From the NCBI GenBank assembly GCA_031409275.1, contig JANNXA010000027.1, positions 64,001 to 128,000 on the forward strand: 64,000 nucleotides of DNA. Reading direction: 5' to 3'. Of this stretch, positions 18,406 to 28,135 are shown one piece after another. The stretch is from Planctomycetota bacterium (GTDB lineage: Bacteria; Planctomycetota; B15-G4; SIAN01). A program made the translations under genes and the position numbers. Position 1 is the stretch's first letter, and every line of letters starts with the position of its first letter. Under the pieces are notes generated by a model. The model made no database searches, was not told where the DNA came from, and saw only the letters and a program-made list of their open reading frames with translations.

Positions 18406-19194
18406 TCAGATCCCCATCGCGTGGAAGCCGGCGTCGACGAAGAGCACCTCGCCGGTGATCCCGCGCGCCATCTCCGAGAGGAGGAAGACGCTCGCATCGG
18501 CGACCTCTTCCGTGGTGACGTTCTTGCGCAGGGGGGCGCGCTCGGGCATCTGGTCGAGCAGCGTCGAGAAGCTGCTGACCCCCGCAGCGGAGAGCGTCTT
18601 GATCGGGCCGGCCGAGACGGCGTTGACGCGGATGCCGTTGGGGCCAAGGTCCGCGGCGAGGTAGCGCACCGAAGCCTCGAGCGCCGCCTTGGCGACGCCC
18701 ATCACGTTGTAGTTCGGGACGACGCGCTGCCCGCCGAGGTAGGTGAGGGTGAGCACGCTGGTGGTGCGCCCCTCCGTGTTCCCGTCGGTGCGCGCCATCA
18801 TCGGCCGCAGCGCGCGGCACAGCGCCGTCAGCGAGAAGCTCGAGATGTCCTGCGCGAGGTGATAGCCCTCGCGGCTGGTGTCGACGAAGCCGCCAGCGAG
18901 CTCCTCCTTCTTGGCGAAGGCGACGGCGTGGACCAGGAAGTCGAGGGTGCCAAACGTCGCCTTCAGCTGCGCGGCCAGCTGGGCGATTTCCTCGTCGCGG
19001 CCGACATCGCACGGGAAGTAGTGCTTCACGCCGAGCGTGTTGCCGAGATCGACGACGCCTTCCTTGAAGCGATCGTTGGCGTAGGTCAGCGCGATCTCGG
19101 CGCCGTGCTCATGGGCCGCCTTGGCGATCGCCCACGCGATGCTGCGTTTGTTGGCGATGCCGAGGATGACGCCTTTGCGGCCCTTCAGGAGCAT
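18406..19194 (-). CDS. fabI: Enoyl-ACP reductase (NADH)
   Basis: GIANKRSIAWAIA, YNVMGVAKAALE, NAVSAGPIKTL. Confidence 0.95.
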   Translation of the reverse strand: MLLKGRKGVILGIANKRSIAWAIAKAAHEHGAEIALTYANDRFKEGVVDLGNTLGVKHYFPCDVGRDEEIAQLAAQLKATFGTLDFLVHAVAFAKKEELAGGFVDTSREGYHLAQDISSFSLTALCRALRPMMARTDGNTEGRTTSVLTLTYLGGQRVVPNYNVMGVAKAALEASVRYLAADLGPNGIRVNAVSAGPIKTLSAAGVSSFSTLLDQMPERAPLRKNVTTEEVADASVFLLSEMARGITGEVLFVDAGFHAMGI

Positions 19195-19246
19195 GGAGGT
19201 CCCTTTCGTGCGCGTGCACTGGAGGCGTCACGCGAAGCGCGGCACG

Positions 19247-21589
19247 TTACTGGCCTTGCACGCGAGGCTCAACCGGCACGACGCTCTGCGGCGGCGGACC
19301 ATCGTGCAGGAGGAGGGTCGTGACGCGCCTGGCGGCGGCGGGAGTCGCCGGGCGCGCTGGCGCCATCGGGAGCGCGCGCGGCGGCGTGATCGGCAGCGAA
19401 TCGAGCGTGTCGACGAGGTGCGCGGCGACCAGCAGCGTCGCGCCCGTGTCGAACGCTCCGACCAGCTCGAAGGCGACCGTTACCGGCTCGCGCGTTTCGG
19501 CGATCTGCCACTCGAAACGCCCTTCGCTCGCCGGATGAGCGGGGCCCGGCACCACCGCGTCGGCAGGCGCGACGACCTGCGCTTCGATGGTGAACGGCGT
19601 CGCCGGCGGTGGTTCCACCGCGACGCGCAGCCGCAGCTCCTCTGCGCGGAAGCGCGGCGTCGCGAAGAGCACCTCGATGCGCACGCCGCGCGCGGTTCGC
19701 TCGAGCGCTCGCAGCGTCGCTGCAAACGGCGTCGCGGCCGTTCGTCGTTGGAACGCCGGTGCGCTGCCGAGCCGAGCGCTGGCGAGGATGCGCCGTTCAC
19801 GGCGGTCGAACCAGTCGAAGGAGTGCGTGGTCCCTTGCGCGAGCAGCAGCGTGGCCGACTTTCCATCGGAGCCGAAGGCGAAGCGGCCGGGACGCGGCAG
19901 CAGCTCGTAGCTGCTGGCGGATGGGTCCACTGCGCCGAGCGGCACGAAGAGCGCTGTCTCGCCCGCGGCCATCTCGACCGCCAGCGGTGCGTCGCCGCGC
20001 GGTTCGAGCCACTCGCACCACGGGTAGAGCCGCAGCCAGCCGTGCGCGCGTGCCGGCAGCTCGAACGGTTGCGGTCGCCAGCCGGCGTTCTCGCGCAGCC
20101 ACGGCACGAAGTCGCCTTGCGCCGGAGCCTCACGCCAGAAGGAGAGTCCGGCCGCGGCGATCGCGAGGCGTTCCGAGCGATCGCCGTCGGGGTGGTCGGT
20201 GAGCGCGGGCGGCAACGCGATCAGCGGCTCTTGCGCCATGGCGCCGGCCGCGAAGCGTGCCGCGACGGCGTCGATCTCGCCGTCGATGGGCAGCGGCCGC
20301 GGCGGCTCCATCACCACGTCGACGAAGCGGCGCCAGAACGGCGACAGCGTCGTCCCCGCTGGTGCTTGCAGCGCGACCACCACGTCGCGGCAGAGCTTGC
20401 GCTCGGTCTGGAACAGCTCGATCCAGCCGGCCGCGAGCTGCGCCTGCTGCGTCGCATCCTGCGGCCAGCGGGCGGGCCATTCGTGGATGAGCCAGCGCGG
20501 CGCGTGCAGCTGCCCGCTCGATTGCAGCAGGGCGACCAGCGCCTTCTTCGCCGTGCGCTGCTCGGCGCTGCTGGCGATGGGCAAGGGCGCTCCCTCGGCG
20601 TCAGCGAGCGGCACCGTGAGCGCGAGCGGCGTCGCGCTGCTCTTCAACGCGGCGAGCGCCGCGCCGATGGCGCCAGGCGGAAGGTCGGCAGCGGGTGCGA
20701 ACCAGGAGCTGCGCGCCAGCGCGGCGACGTCGAGCAACGCGATGGTCGGCGTATTCGCGGGGCCGAGTCTGGCGGCGACGACGCCGCGCGGTGCGAAGGT
20801 CGTCGCGAGCTCGCTGGCGGGGCCTTTCAACTCCTGTGCAGCGATGGGCACCATCGGTTGCGCGCTGCGCGGCGGCGCCAACCCGGCGAGCCACCGGAAG
20901 GCGACTGCACCGCTGCGATCGAGGCCGACGGTCGCGGTCGACGACCATGGCCAGACGAAGTCGCCGCTCTCCGTCGCGGCGGCGCTGCGCAGCGGTCGCT
21001 CGCGCAGGACGACGGCCGCGCCGTCGACGACGCACTCGGCCAACGGATGGTCGAGCGCCGCGAAGAGCCCGGAATCGCTGCGCACGATGGTGCCGCTCCC
21101 GCTGCCCGTGAAGCGTCCGCTCTGGAAGGTGAAACGCTCGACCTCGACTTCCGTCAGCAACACGGTCGCCTGGTGCGCGTCGCGGGTGGAGAGTTGCACT
21201 CGTTTTGTCAGCCACGGCTCCTCGCCGCCGGCGCCATAGGCCACGGTCACCGCGAACGGGCTGGAGGCAGCTTCGAAGCGCAGCGTGACGCCGCGCCCAC
21301 CGAACTCGGCGGGCAGGGCGGCGATGCGCGTGAGCGGCAGTTCCGCTGGGGTGATCTCGCGGCCATCGGCCAGCACGAATCGGAACTCCTGGCTGGTCAG
21401 CGCAAGCACGGCGCCGCCGAACTCGAAGCGAGTGGTGGTCGCGCTGCGAGCGTCGCTCCCGAGCTTGAAGCAGCGCCGCGCGGCTCCGTTGTCCACGGCG
21501 AGTTCGGGGCGCCCGGCAGTGGCGGCGAGCGGTGGTGCGAACAGCCCGGCCGCGAGCAGTGCGGCACCGCAACCCTTGCGGAATCTCAT
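19247..21589 (-). CDS. Large secreted hypothetical protein, possibly a degenerate glycoside-hydrolase-like fold
   Basis: Signal peptide MRFRKGCGAALLAAGLFAPPLAA and a long ORF filling the gap. The functional guess is weak. Confidence 0.55.
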   Translation of the reverse strand: MRFRKGCGAALLAAGLFAPPLAATAGRPELAVDNGAARRCFKLGSDARSATTTRFEFGGAVLALTSQEFRFVLADGREITPAELPLTRIAALPAEFGGRGVTLRFEAASSPFAVTVAYGAGGEEPWLTKRVQLSTRDAHQATVLLTEVEVERFTFQSGRFTGSGSGTIVRSDSGLFAALDHPLAECVVDGAAVVLRERPLRSAAATESGDFVWPWSSTATVGLDRSGAVAFRWLAGLAPPRSAQPMVPIAAQELKGPASELATTFAPRGVVAARLGPANTPTIALLDVAALARSSWFAPAADLPPGAIGAALAALKSSATPLALTVPLADAEGAPLPIASSAEQRTAKKALVALLQSSGQLHAPRWLIHEWPARWPQDATQQAQLAAGWIELFQTERKLCRDVVVALQAPAGTTLSPFWRRFVDVVMEPPRPLPIDGEIDAVAARFAAGAMAQEPLIALPPALTDHPDGDRSERLAIAAAGLSFWREAPAQGDFVPWLRENAGWRPQPFELPARAHGWLRLYPWCEWLEPRGDAPLAVEMAAGETALFVPLGAVDPSASSYELLPRPGRFAFGSDGKSATLLLAQGTTHSFDWFDRRERRILASARLGSAPAFQRRTAATPFAATLRALERTARGVRIEVLFATPRFRAEELRLRVAVEPPPATPFTIEAQVVAPADAVVPGPAHPASEGRFEWQIAETREPVTVAFELVGAFDTGATLLVAAHLVDTLDSLPITPPRALPMAPARPATPAAARRVTTLLLHDGPPPQSVVPVEPRVQGQ

Positions 21590-21661
21590 TGGAAGAGGTG
21601 ACGATGAGCGCATGGCGGTCATATTGCCGACCGCCGTGGCGATCGCGAGGAGGCCCGTTGC

Positions 21662-23137
21662 ATGCGTTATCCCGCCGCTTGGTTCGTTGCGCTCGGAGCG
21701 ATCGCGGGCGGGGTGGTTGGCGGTGGGCTCGCAACCTGGCTGCTCGATCCGCCGCGTTCCGCTGGCATCGGTGCCGCAGCGACCGCCGCTCCTTCGGTCG
21801 CGGCGCTCGAAGCGAGGATCGATCAGCTCGAGCAGCAGCTCGCGACGCGAGAAGTGCCATCGGCCGTCCGAGTGGAGGCGACGACGCTGCCGCGGTTGCC
21901 GGTGGTGGCCGTCGCGCCGCGCTCAGGCGCCGCGACGGTCGCCGAGGCGGCGCTCGATCCGCGACGACTGCTCGCCGAGTACGTCGCCTCCTTCGAGGGC
22001 GGTGGCACCGGCTCCGACTTCTTCCGGATGGCGGTCGCGGCCTATGCATGGCCGCTGCGCCGCGACCTGCACGCGATCGTGGCCGATCGCCTCGCGCCCG
22101 ATCCGCTGCGGTTGCAGGTGCTGGCGATGTTGAGTGGCGGCAGCTTCCGCGGCGACGCGGAGACGATCGACACGCTGCTGGCGCTGCTGCGCGAGGGGGG
22201 CTTCGAGGCCGCAGAATTGCAGGCGCTTGCACTCCTGGCGCAGCTTGGCGATCGCCGCACCGCCGACTTGATCGAGGCGCTCGCGCCGGCGCTCTCGCCA
22301 CTGCGCGTGCGCGCCGCTGCGTGGGACGCGCTGGTCGCGCTGTGCGAGCGCGACGCCGAGAGCGTGCTGCTGCGACTGCTCGAACGCGAGGGGGATCCGC
22401 AGGCGCAGGAGCAGCTGCTGCGCCGTTTCCACGGCAGCGATCCGCTGGCGACGCGGCGTGCGCTCGAGCTCGCGTCACGTTTCGCCGACCGCTCGCCGAG
22501 GCTGCGCGGCGCCACGCTGATCGGCACCCAGCGTGAACCGGAGTTCGTCGCGCTTGCGCAGGAGTGGCATGGGCGGGAGCCCGACGACGAAGTGCGCGCC
22601 CGCCTCGCCGCCTCGCTCGATCAGCAGAAGTCGATTCCAGGCTGGCACGAGCTGCAGGCGACCGGCGCGCCGAACGCTGCGGTCGGCAACGACGACCAGC
22701 ATGCGTGGGCTTGCGCGAGCGCGGATGGCGGCCGTGAGTGGATCGAACTCGACTACCCCCAACCGCAGCGCGCCGACCGCGTCACGGTCCATCAGACTTG
22801 CGTGCCGGGATGCATCGTCGAGGTGGCCGTCGCGACTCGCGCGGGCGGCTGGCAGATCGTCTGGAGCGGTCGCGGAGGGCCCGCCGTGGCGGGACCGTTC
22901 GTCGTGCGTTTCGACGCGGTCGAGGACGCGGCGCGCGTGCGAGTCGTGCTCGACACTTCGTTGCAGAACGGCTGGAACGAGATCGACGCGGTCGAACTCG
23001 CCGGTCCCGAGGGCGCCACATGGGCCAGCGGCGCGCGTGCGAGCAGCCGCTACGGCCAAGGGAGCAGTTGGAGCGAGTTCGACACGAGCCTCACCCGCTT
23101 CTCCTTCGGCGATCTCGGCGTGTCGAAGGAGCGCTGA
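21662..23137 (+). CDS. Membrane-anchored coiled-coil/HEAT-repeat protein with C-terminal beta domain (pappalysin/discoidin-like)
   Basis: N-terminal TM, LEARIDQLEQQL coil, HEAT-like helices, then QATGAPN...AWA...EWIELDY...WNEIDAVELAG. Confidence 0.65.
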   Translation: MRYPAAWFVALGAIAGGVVGGGLATWLLDPPRSAGIGAAATAAPSVAALEARIDQLEQQLATREVPSAVRVEATTLPRLPVVAVAPRSGAATVAEAALDPRRLLAEYVASFEGGGTGSDFFRMAVAAYAWPLRRDLHAIVADRLAPDPLRLQVLAMLSGGSFRGDAETIDTLLALLREGGFEAAELQALALLAQLGDRRTADLIEALAPALSPLRVRAAAWDALVALCERDAESVLLRLLEREGDPQAQEQLLRRFHGSDPLATRRALELASRFADRSPRLRGATLIGTQREPEFVALAQEWHGREPDDEVRARLAASLDQQKSIPGWHELQATGAPNAAVGNDDQHAWACASADGGREWIELDYPQPQRADRVTVHQTCVPGCIVEVAVATRAGGWQIVWSGRGGPAVAGPFVVRFDAVEDAARVRVVLDTSLQNGWNEIDAVELAGPEGATWASGARASSRYGQGSSWSEFDTSLTRFSFGDLGVSKER

Positions 23138-23300
23138 GCGCCTGAGAGGAAATCCCTCCCGTCGCCCGACAGGCGGCGCACCCCGCCCGGCGGCGTTGCG
23201 CCTCCTCGCCGTATCTCTCCGTGGATACGCCTCGTCGGCGCGCCTTGCCATGCGGGCGCGGCGCTTCGTCGCGCTCGGTCCGGGATTCCATCTCAGGCTC
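23138..23300. mobile_element. MITE-like non-autonomous element
   Basis: 19-bp imperfect TIRs (GCGCCTGAGAGGAAATCCC vs reverse complement GAGCCTGAGATGGAATCCC), flanked by TGA on both sides (23135-23137 and 23301-23303), with a palindromic interior. Confidence 0.7.
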
Positions 23301-23392
23301 TGAGCGGCCGTTGTCGTGGTGCTCGGTGTAGCTTGGTTCCGCCGGGTCGTTGACGGAACCGGCCGACTCCATCTGGTTCGAAGGTTGCAGTC

Positions 23393-25645
23393 ATGTGGTC
23401 ACTCGTAGTTTCGGTCGCCGCGATCGCGCTGACGATGGCGCGTCCGCAGGCGAGCCCGGACGACGCCTCGCGGTCGTCGGTCGATCCGCGCGGGCCAGGG
23501 ACGATCGCGATGGCCAAGCGGCTCGCGGAGATCGCCGCGCGCCAGGACCCCGATCGCATTCGCTGGCTGTCGCGCGAGCGCGTGGCCTTGAAGCGCGCGG
23601 CGGTGCGGCAGGCGGGGTCGGCCAAGGAGGCCAACAACCGCCTCGAACTGGCGATCGAGCTGTTGCAGTCCAACGAGCCGGAGGAGGCGCTCGCCGAGAT
23701 CGAGCGCGCCGGCGCCGCGGCGCAGCCTGGCGGCGCCCCTTCGCCCGAATTCGCGCGCTCGCTGCGAAGCTGGCGCGCGATCTCATGGCTCCGACTCGGC
23801 GAGGTCGAGAACTGCCTCGCGCGCCACGTCTGCGAGTCGTGCATCCTGCCGATCGCGCACGGTGCGCACCACCTCGAGCGGCGCGGTTCCGAGAACGCGA
23901 TCCGCGAGTACGAGGCGCTGCTGGCCGACGATCCCGAGGATCGCGAGTCGCGCTGGTTGCTGAACGTGGCGCATATGACGCTCGGCAGTTGGCCCGACGG
24001 CGTGCCGGAGCGCTTCCGGCTGCCGGCCACGGCGTTCGCCTCCGATCGCGACTTCCCGCGCTTCCGCGACGTCTCCGGCGGGTGCGGCGTCGACCTCTGC
24101 GTGCTGTCGGGCGGCATCGTCACCGAGGATCTCGATGGCGATGCGCGGCTCGACCTCGTGATGACCTCGATGGGGCCGCTCGATCGCATGTGGGTCTATC
24201 GCAACCGCGGCGATGGCACCTTCGAGGAGCGCGCGATGGCCGCTGGCCTCGAGGGGATCACCGGCGGATTGAACCTCATCCACGGCGACTACGACAACGA
24301 CGGCGATGCCGACCTCTTCGTGCTGCGCGGCGGCTGGTTCGGCGAGGAGGGGGCGATCCCCAACTCGCTGCTGCGCAACCGCGGCGACGGCAACTTCGAC
24401 GATGTCACGGTCGAGGCTGGTGTGCTCAGCCTTCATCCGACGCAGACGGGCGTCTTCACCGACATCGATCTCGATGGCTGGCTCGACCTGGTGATCGGCA
24501 ACGAGTCGATCCCCGAGGCAGGCATGCGCGACCGCTGCGAGCTCTTCCTCAACCAGCGCGACGGCACCTTCCGCGACGTGGCAGACGCGGTCGGCGCGGC
24601 GATTGACGACTACGTGAAGGGGGTGGCGGCGGGCGACTTCGACAACGACGGCCGCATCGACCTCTTCTACTCGTGCCGCGGCGGCGTCAACCGGCTGCTG
24701 AAGAACGAGAAGAGCGCGAACGCGCCCGGCTTCCGCTTCCGCAACGTCGCCGACGTGGCGCGCGTCGAGCTGCCGCGGATGAGCTTCCCGGCGTGGTTCT
24801 TCGACTACGACAACGACGGCTGGCAAGACCTCTACGTCGGCGTGAATCCCGCCTTCGGCGGCGATCGCACCGAGGAGGTCTGGCACATGTACGCGGGTGA
24901 GAAGCGCATCGCCGAGACGCCGCGCCTCTACCACAACGAGAAGGGGAAGTTCCGCGACGTCACCAGCGAGACCGGTATGTCACGGGCCGGCTTCGTGATG
25001 GGCTGCAACTACGGCGATCTCGACAACGACGGCTGGCTCGATTTCTACCTCGGCACCGGCGCTCCCGACTTCCGAGCGCTGCTGCCCAACAAGATGTTTC
25101 GCAACGCCGGCGGCGTGAGGTTCGAGGACGTCACCACGGCCGGCGGCTTCGGCCATCTGCAGAAGGGCCACGGCATCGCCTTCGCCGACCTCGACGACGA
25201 CGGCGACCAGGACGTCGTGGCGCGGATGGGCGGCGGCTACACCGGCGACATCTACCGCACCTCTCTCTACGAGAACCCCGGTTTCGAGGGGGCGCGCTTC
25301 GTCACGCTCCGGCTGCGCGGCACGCGCTGCAATCGCAGCGCGGTCGGGGCGAGGATCGCCGTGACGGTGGCGGACGACGCGGGCATCCGCACGATCCATG
25401 TCACCGTCGGCACCGGTGCGAGTTTTGGAAGCAGCTCGCTGCAGCAGGAAATCGGGCTCGGTCAGGCGTTCGAGATCGTCTCGATCGAGGTGCGCTGGCC
25501 CGGCGATCCGAAGCCGCAGCAATTCACCGCCGTGCCGCTCGACTCGATCGTCGAGCTGGAGCAGGATCGCGCGGAGTGGAAGAAGCTCGACGCGAAGCCG
25601 TTCCGGCTCGGCCGCGCGCCAGCACCGGCGAAGTCGCACGAGTAG
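23393..25645 (+). CDS. CRTAC1-family FG-GAP repeat / ASPIC-UnbV protein
   Basis: Signal peptide, TPR-like N-terminus, many DxDxDGxxD repeats and a C-terminal NRSAVGARI...GLG...VRWP UnbV domain. Confidence 0.9.
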   Translation: MWSLVVSVAAIALTMARPQASPDDASRSSVDPRGPGTIAMAKRLAEIAARQDPDRIRWLSRERVALKRAAVRQAGSAKEANNRLELAIELLQSNEPEEALAEIERAGAAAQPGGAPSPEFARSLRSWRAISWLRLGEVENCLARHVCESCILPIAHGAHHLERRGSENAIREYEALLADDPEDRESRWLLNVAHMTLGSWPDGVPERFRLPATAFASDRDFPRFRDVSGGCGVDLCVLSGGIVTEDLDGDARLDLVMTSMGPLDRMWVYRNRGDGTFEERAMAAGLEGITGGLNLIHGDYDNDGDADLFVLRGGWFGEEGAIPNSLLRNRGDGNFDDVTVEAGVLSLHPTQTGVFTDIDLDGWLDLVIGNESIPEAGMRDRCELFLNQRDGTFRDVADAVGAAIDDYVKGVAAGDFDNDGRIDLFYSCRGGVNRLLKNEKSANAPGFRFRNVADVARVELPRMSFPAWFFDYDNDGWQDLYVGVNPAFGGDRTEEVWHMYAGEKRIAETPRLYHNEKGKFRDVTSETGMSRAGFVMGCNYGDLDNDGWLDFYLGTGAPDFRALLPNKMFRNAGGVRFEDVTTAGGFGHLQKGHGIAFADLDDDGDQDVVARMGGGYTGDIYRTSLYENPGFEGARFVTLRLRGTRCNRSAVGARIAVTVADDAGIRTIHVTVGTGASFGSSSLQQEIGLGQAFEIVSIEVRWPGDPKPQQFTAVPLDSIVELEQDRAEWKKLDAKPFRLGRAPAPAKSHE

Positions 25646-25703
25646 CGCGTCGCCGCCATCGGCGACCGCTACATTTCAGCGCGTCGCCGCCATCGGCGAC
25701 CGC
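25644..25703. repeat. Two 26-bp direct repeats (34-bp period), each a hairpin; probable bidirectional terminator
   Basis: AGCGCGTCGCCGCCATCGGCGACCGC at 25644 and 25678, stem GTCGCCG-ccat-CGGCGAC, between convergent genes. Confidence 0.8.
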
Positions 25704-25709
25704 CGCGTC

Positions 25710-27989
25710 TCAGCGCGTTCCGCCGCCGAGCTTCACCGGCTTGCGCACGACCGTCTCGAACTTGTCGGCCCCCTCGATCAGGCGGTAGCTGCCGTCGAGC
25801 GGCGGGCCGGGCAGCGTCTGCTGGGTGCCGGAACCGGGCCAGCGCACGTGGATCGCGGTGATGGCTGTGGCGTTGCCGAGCCCGATCTCCTGCTGCAGCG
25901 AACTGCTGCCGAAGCTGCCGCCCGTGTTGACCGCGACGTGGATCGAGCGCGCGCCGTCGGGGGTGGTGACATCGACGCGGATGCGGGCGCCGATGGCGCT
26001 GCGGTTCGCCTTCACGCCTTGCAGGCGCAGCGTGATCGAGTGGTTGCCGTTGCCGGGATTCTCGAAGAGGACCTTCGGATAGACGTCGCCGGGGAAGAAC
26101 CCGCCGACGGCGAGGAAGAGATCCTGGTCTCCATCGTCGTCGAGGTCGGCGAAGGCGACGCCGTGGCCCTTCTGCAGGTGGCCCATACCGACGGCGGCGG
26201 TGACGTCCTGGAAGCCGTTGCCGGCGTCGTTGCGAAACGCCCGGTTGGGCAGCAGCGCCGCGAAGTCGGGCGCTCCGTTGCCGAGGTAGAAGTCGAGCCA
26301 GCCGTCATTGTCGAAGTCGCCAAAGTTCGATCCCATGGAGAGGATCGAGCGGTCGACCCGCTGTTCGCGCGAAACGTCCTTGAAGCGCCCGTCGCCCTCG
26401 TTGTGGTAGAGGCGCGGCATCTCGGTCCGCGCTTCGACGCGGCCCGCCATGAACTTCCCGACCTCCTCGTTCATGCCAGGCGTGAAGCCGGAGTTCGAGC
26501 CGACGAAGAGGTCCTGGCGCCCGTCGTTGTCGTAGTCGAAGAACCAGCACGGGAAGCTCATCTTCGGGTTCTCGACGCGCGCCTTCTGGGTGGCGTCGAC
26601 GAAGCGGAAGCCGGCCGAGCCGGGGGTCGGGTCGGGGACGTTGCGCAGCAGCAGGTTCGTGTTGGCGCGACGCGAGACGAAGAGGTCGGGGCGGCCGTCG
26701 TCGTCGACGTCGCCAGCGATGACCCCTTTGACGAAAGCGGAGACGACGAAACCGACCTTCGTCGCCACCGATTCGAAGGTGCCGTCACGCCGATTGAGCC
26801 AGAGCTCGCTCGGGTGATCGGGACCGCCGGGCGAAGTTTCGTTGCCGACGGCGAGGTCGAGCCAGCCGTCGCCGTCGAAGTCGCTCCACGTCGCGGTCTG
26901 GGTCGGATGAAACGACAGCAGCCCGGCCGCGACGGTGACGTCCTCGAACGTCCCGTCGCCGCGGTTGCGCAGCAGCGAGTTCGGGATGCATCCGTCCTCT
27001 TGCAGCCACGCGCCGCGCAGCACGAAGACGTCCTCCCAGCCGTCGTTGTCGAAGTCGGCGTGGACGAGGTTCAACCCGCCGCACAGCCCATCGAGCTGAG
27101 CTGCATGCGAGGCGTCGCGAAAGGTGCCGTCGCCGTTCGCGAGGAACAGGCGAAGCGGATCGGCGAACCCGATCGAACTCGTCATGACATCGAGGTGACC
27201 GTCATGGTTGAAGTCCTCGATGGCGACGCCGCCGGAGATCGTGGCGTTGTCGATGCCCGCCGCGACGGCGACGTCGGCGAAGCGCGGCATCGGATGCTCG
27301 CTGGTGTAGTACGCCGGCGTCATGCGAAACGCCTCCGGGACCCCGTCGGGCCAGGTGCCGAGCGTGCTGTGGGCGAGGTTCAGGAGCCAGCGCGCCTCGT
27401 CGTCCTTCGGGTCGCGGGCCAGGATCTGCTCGAGAACGGCGATTGCGCCGAGCGATCCACGCGTCTCCGCGTGCTGAGCGTCCAGGGCGAACGGGGCGAT
27501 GCAGGAGGCGCAGCAGTGGCGCGCGAGGCAGTTCTCGACTTCGCCGAGGCGCAGCCAGGAGACGCCACGCGTCCGTTCGATCGCCGTGCGCACGGGGGCT
27601 GCCTTGTCAGGCGGGATGGTCGCGAGCGCCGCCTCGGCACGGCCGAGCTCCTCGATCGCGGCGAGTGGGTCGCCACTCTGCAGCATTTCGACGGCGAGCT
27701 TCTGGCGCAGGTCGGCTTCGCGTGGCGTTCCTTGGTTGCGAGACACCTTGTCGCGAAAGAGCTTGACGCGTTCGATGCTCAGGAAGCGACAGCGCTCGGG
27801 GTCGACCTGCTTGGCGCATTCGAGGAGCTGCGCGGCCATCGCCACGTTCGAGGGATAGCAAGCGGTTGGAGCGGGCGCGGCGACGTCCTGGGCGACGCAC
27901 ACCGTGCTTCCCAACGCGGCGAGAAGAAGTCCCCGAGAAATGGCGACGAGGGACGGACGAACGACCGGACGAAGAGCGGGGAAGGGCAT
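25710..27989 (-). CDS. CRTAC1-family FG-GAP repeat / ASPIC-UnbV protein (paralog)
   Basis: Same architecture as 23393-25645, sharing SWLRLGEVENCLARH, IPNSLLRNRGDG and GHLQKGHG. Confidence 0.9.
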   Translation of the reverse strand: MPFPALRPVVRPSLVAISRGLLLAALGSTVCVAQDVAAPAPTACYPSNVAMAAQLLECAKQVDPERCRFLSIERVKLFRDKVSRNQGTPREADLRQKLAVEMLQSGDPLAAIEELGRAEAALATIPPDKAAPVRTAIERTRGVSWLRLGEVENCLARHCCASCIAPFALDAQHAETRGSLGAIAVLEQILARDPKDDEARWLLNLAHSTLGTWPDGVPEAFRMTPAYYTSEHPMPRFADVAVAAGIDNATISGGVAIEDFNHDGHLDVMTSSIGFADPLRLFLANGDGTFRDASHAAQLDGLCGGLNLVHADFDNDGWEDVFVLRGAWLQEDGCIPNSLLRNRGDGTFEDVTVAAGLLSFHPTQTATWSDFDGDGWLDLAVGNETSPGGPDHPSELWLNRRDGTFESVATKVGFVVSAFVKGVIAGDVDDDGRPDLFVSRRANTNLLLRNVPDPTPGSAGFRFVDATQKARVENPKMSFPCWFFDYDNDGRQDLFVGSNSGFTPGMNEEVGKFMAGRVEARTEMPRLYHNEGDGRFKDVSREQRVDRSILSMGSNFGDFDNDGWLDFYLGNGAPDFAALLPNRAFRNDAGNGFQDVTAAVGMGHLQKGHGVAFADLDDDGDQDLFLAVGGFFPGDVYPKVLFENPGNGNHSITLRLQGVKANRSAIGARIRVDVTTPDGARSIHVAVNTGGSFGSSSLQQEIGLGNATAITAIHVRWPGSGTQQTLPGPPLDGSYRLIEGADKFETVVRKPVKLGGGTR

Positions 27990-28064
27990 GGGCTGCACCA
28001 CGGCGGGGCTGGCGACATCCCGCGTGAGATCGCGGCGGTCGGGAACCCGGCGCGGCGCCGATTA

Positions 28065-28080
28065 TGCACTCCGCGTGCCA
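28065..28080 (-). promoter_or_regulatory. Putative sigma-54 (-24/-12) promoter
   Basis: Minus strand TGGCACG-CGGA-GTGCA about 75 nt upstream of the CRTAC1 paralog, one mismatch from consensus. Confidence 0.4.
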
Positions 28081-28135
28081 GAGCGGCGGCCCTCGCCGCC
28101 CACCCCGGCACGCCGTGATGGAAGCCGATCAAGCC

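Noticed and set aside
21651..21665. Sigma-54-like AGGCCCG-N4-ATGC
   Set aside because: It has several mismatches and overlaps the probable start codon.
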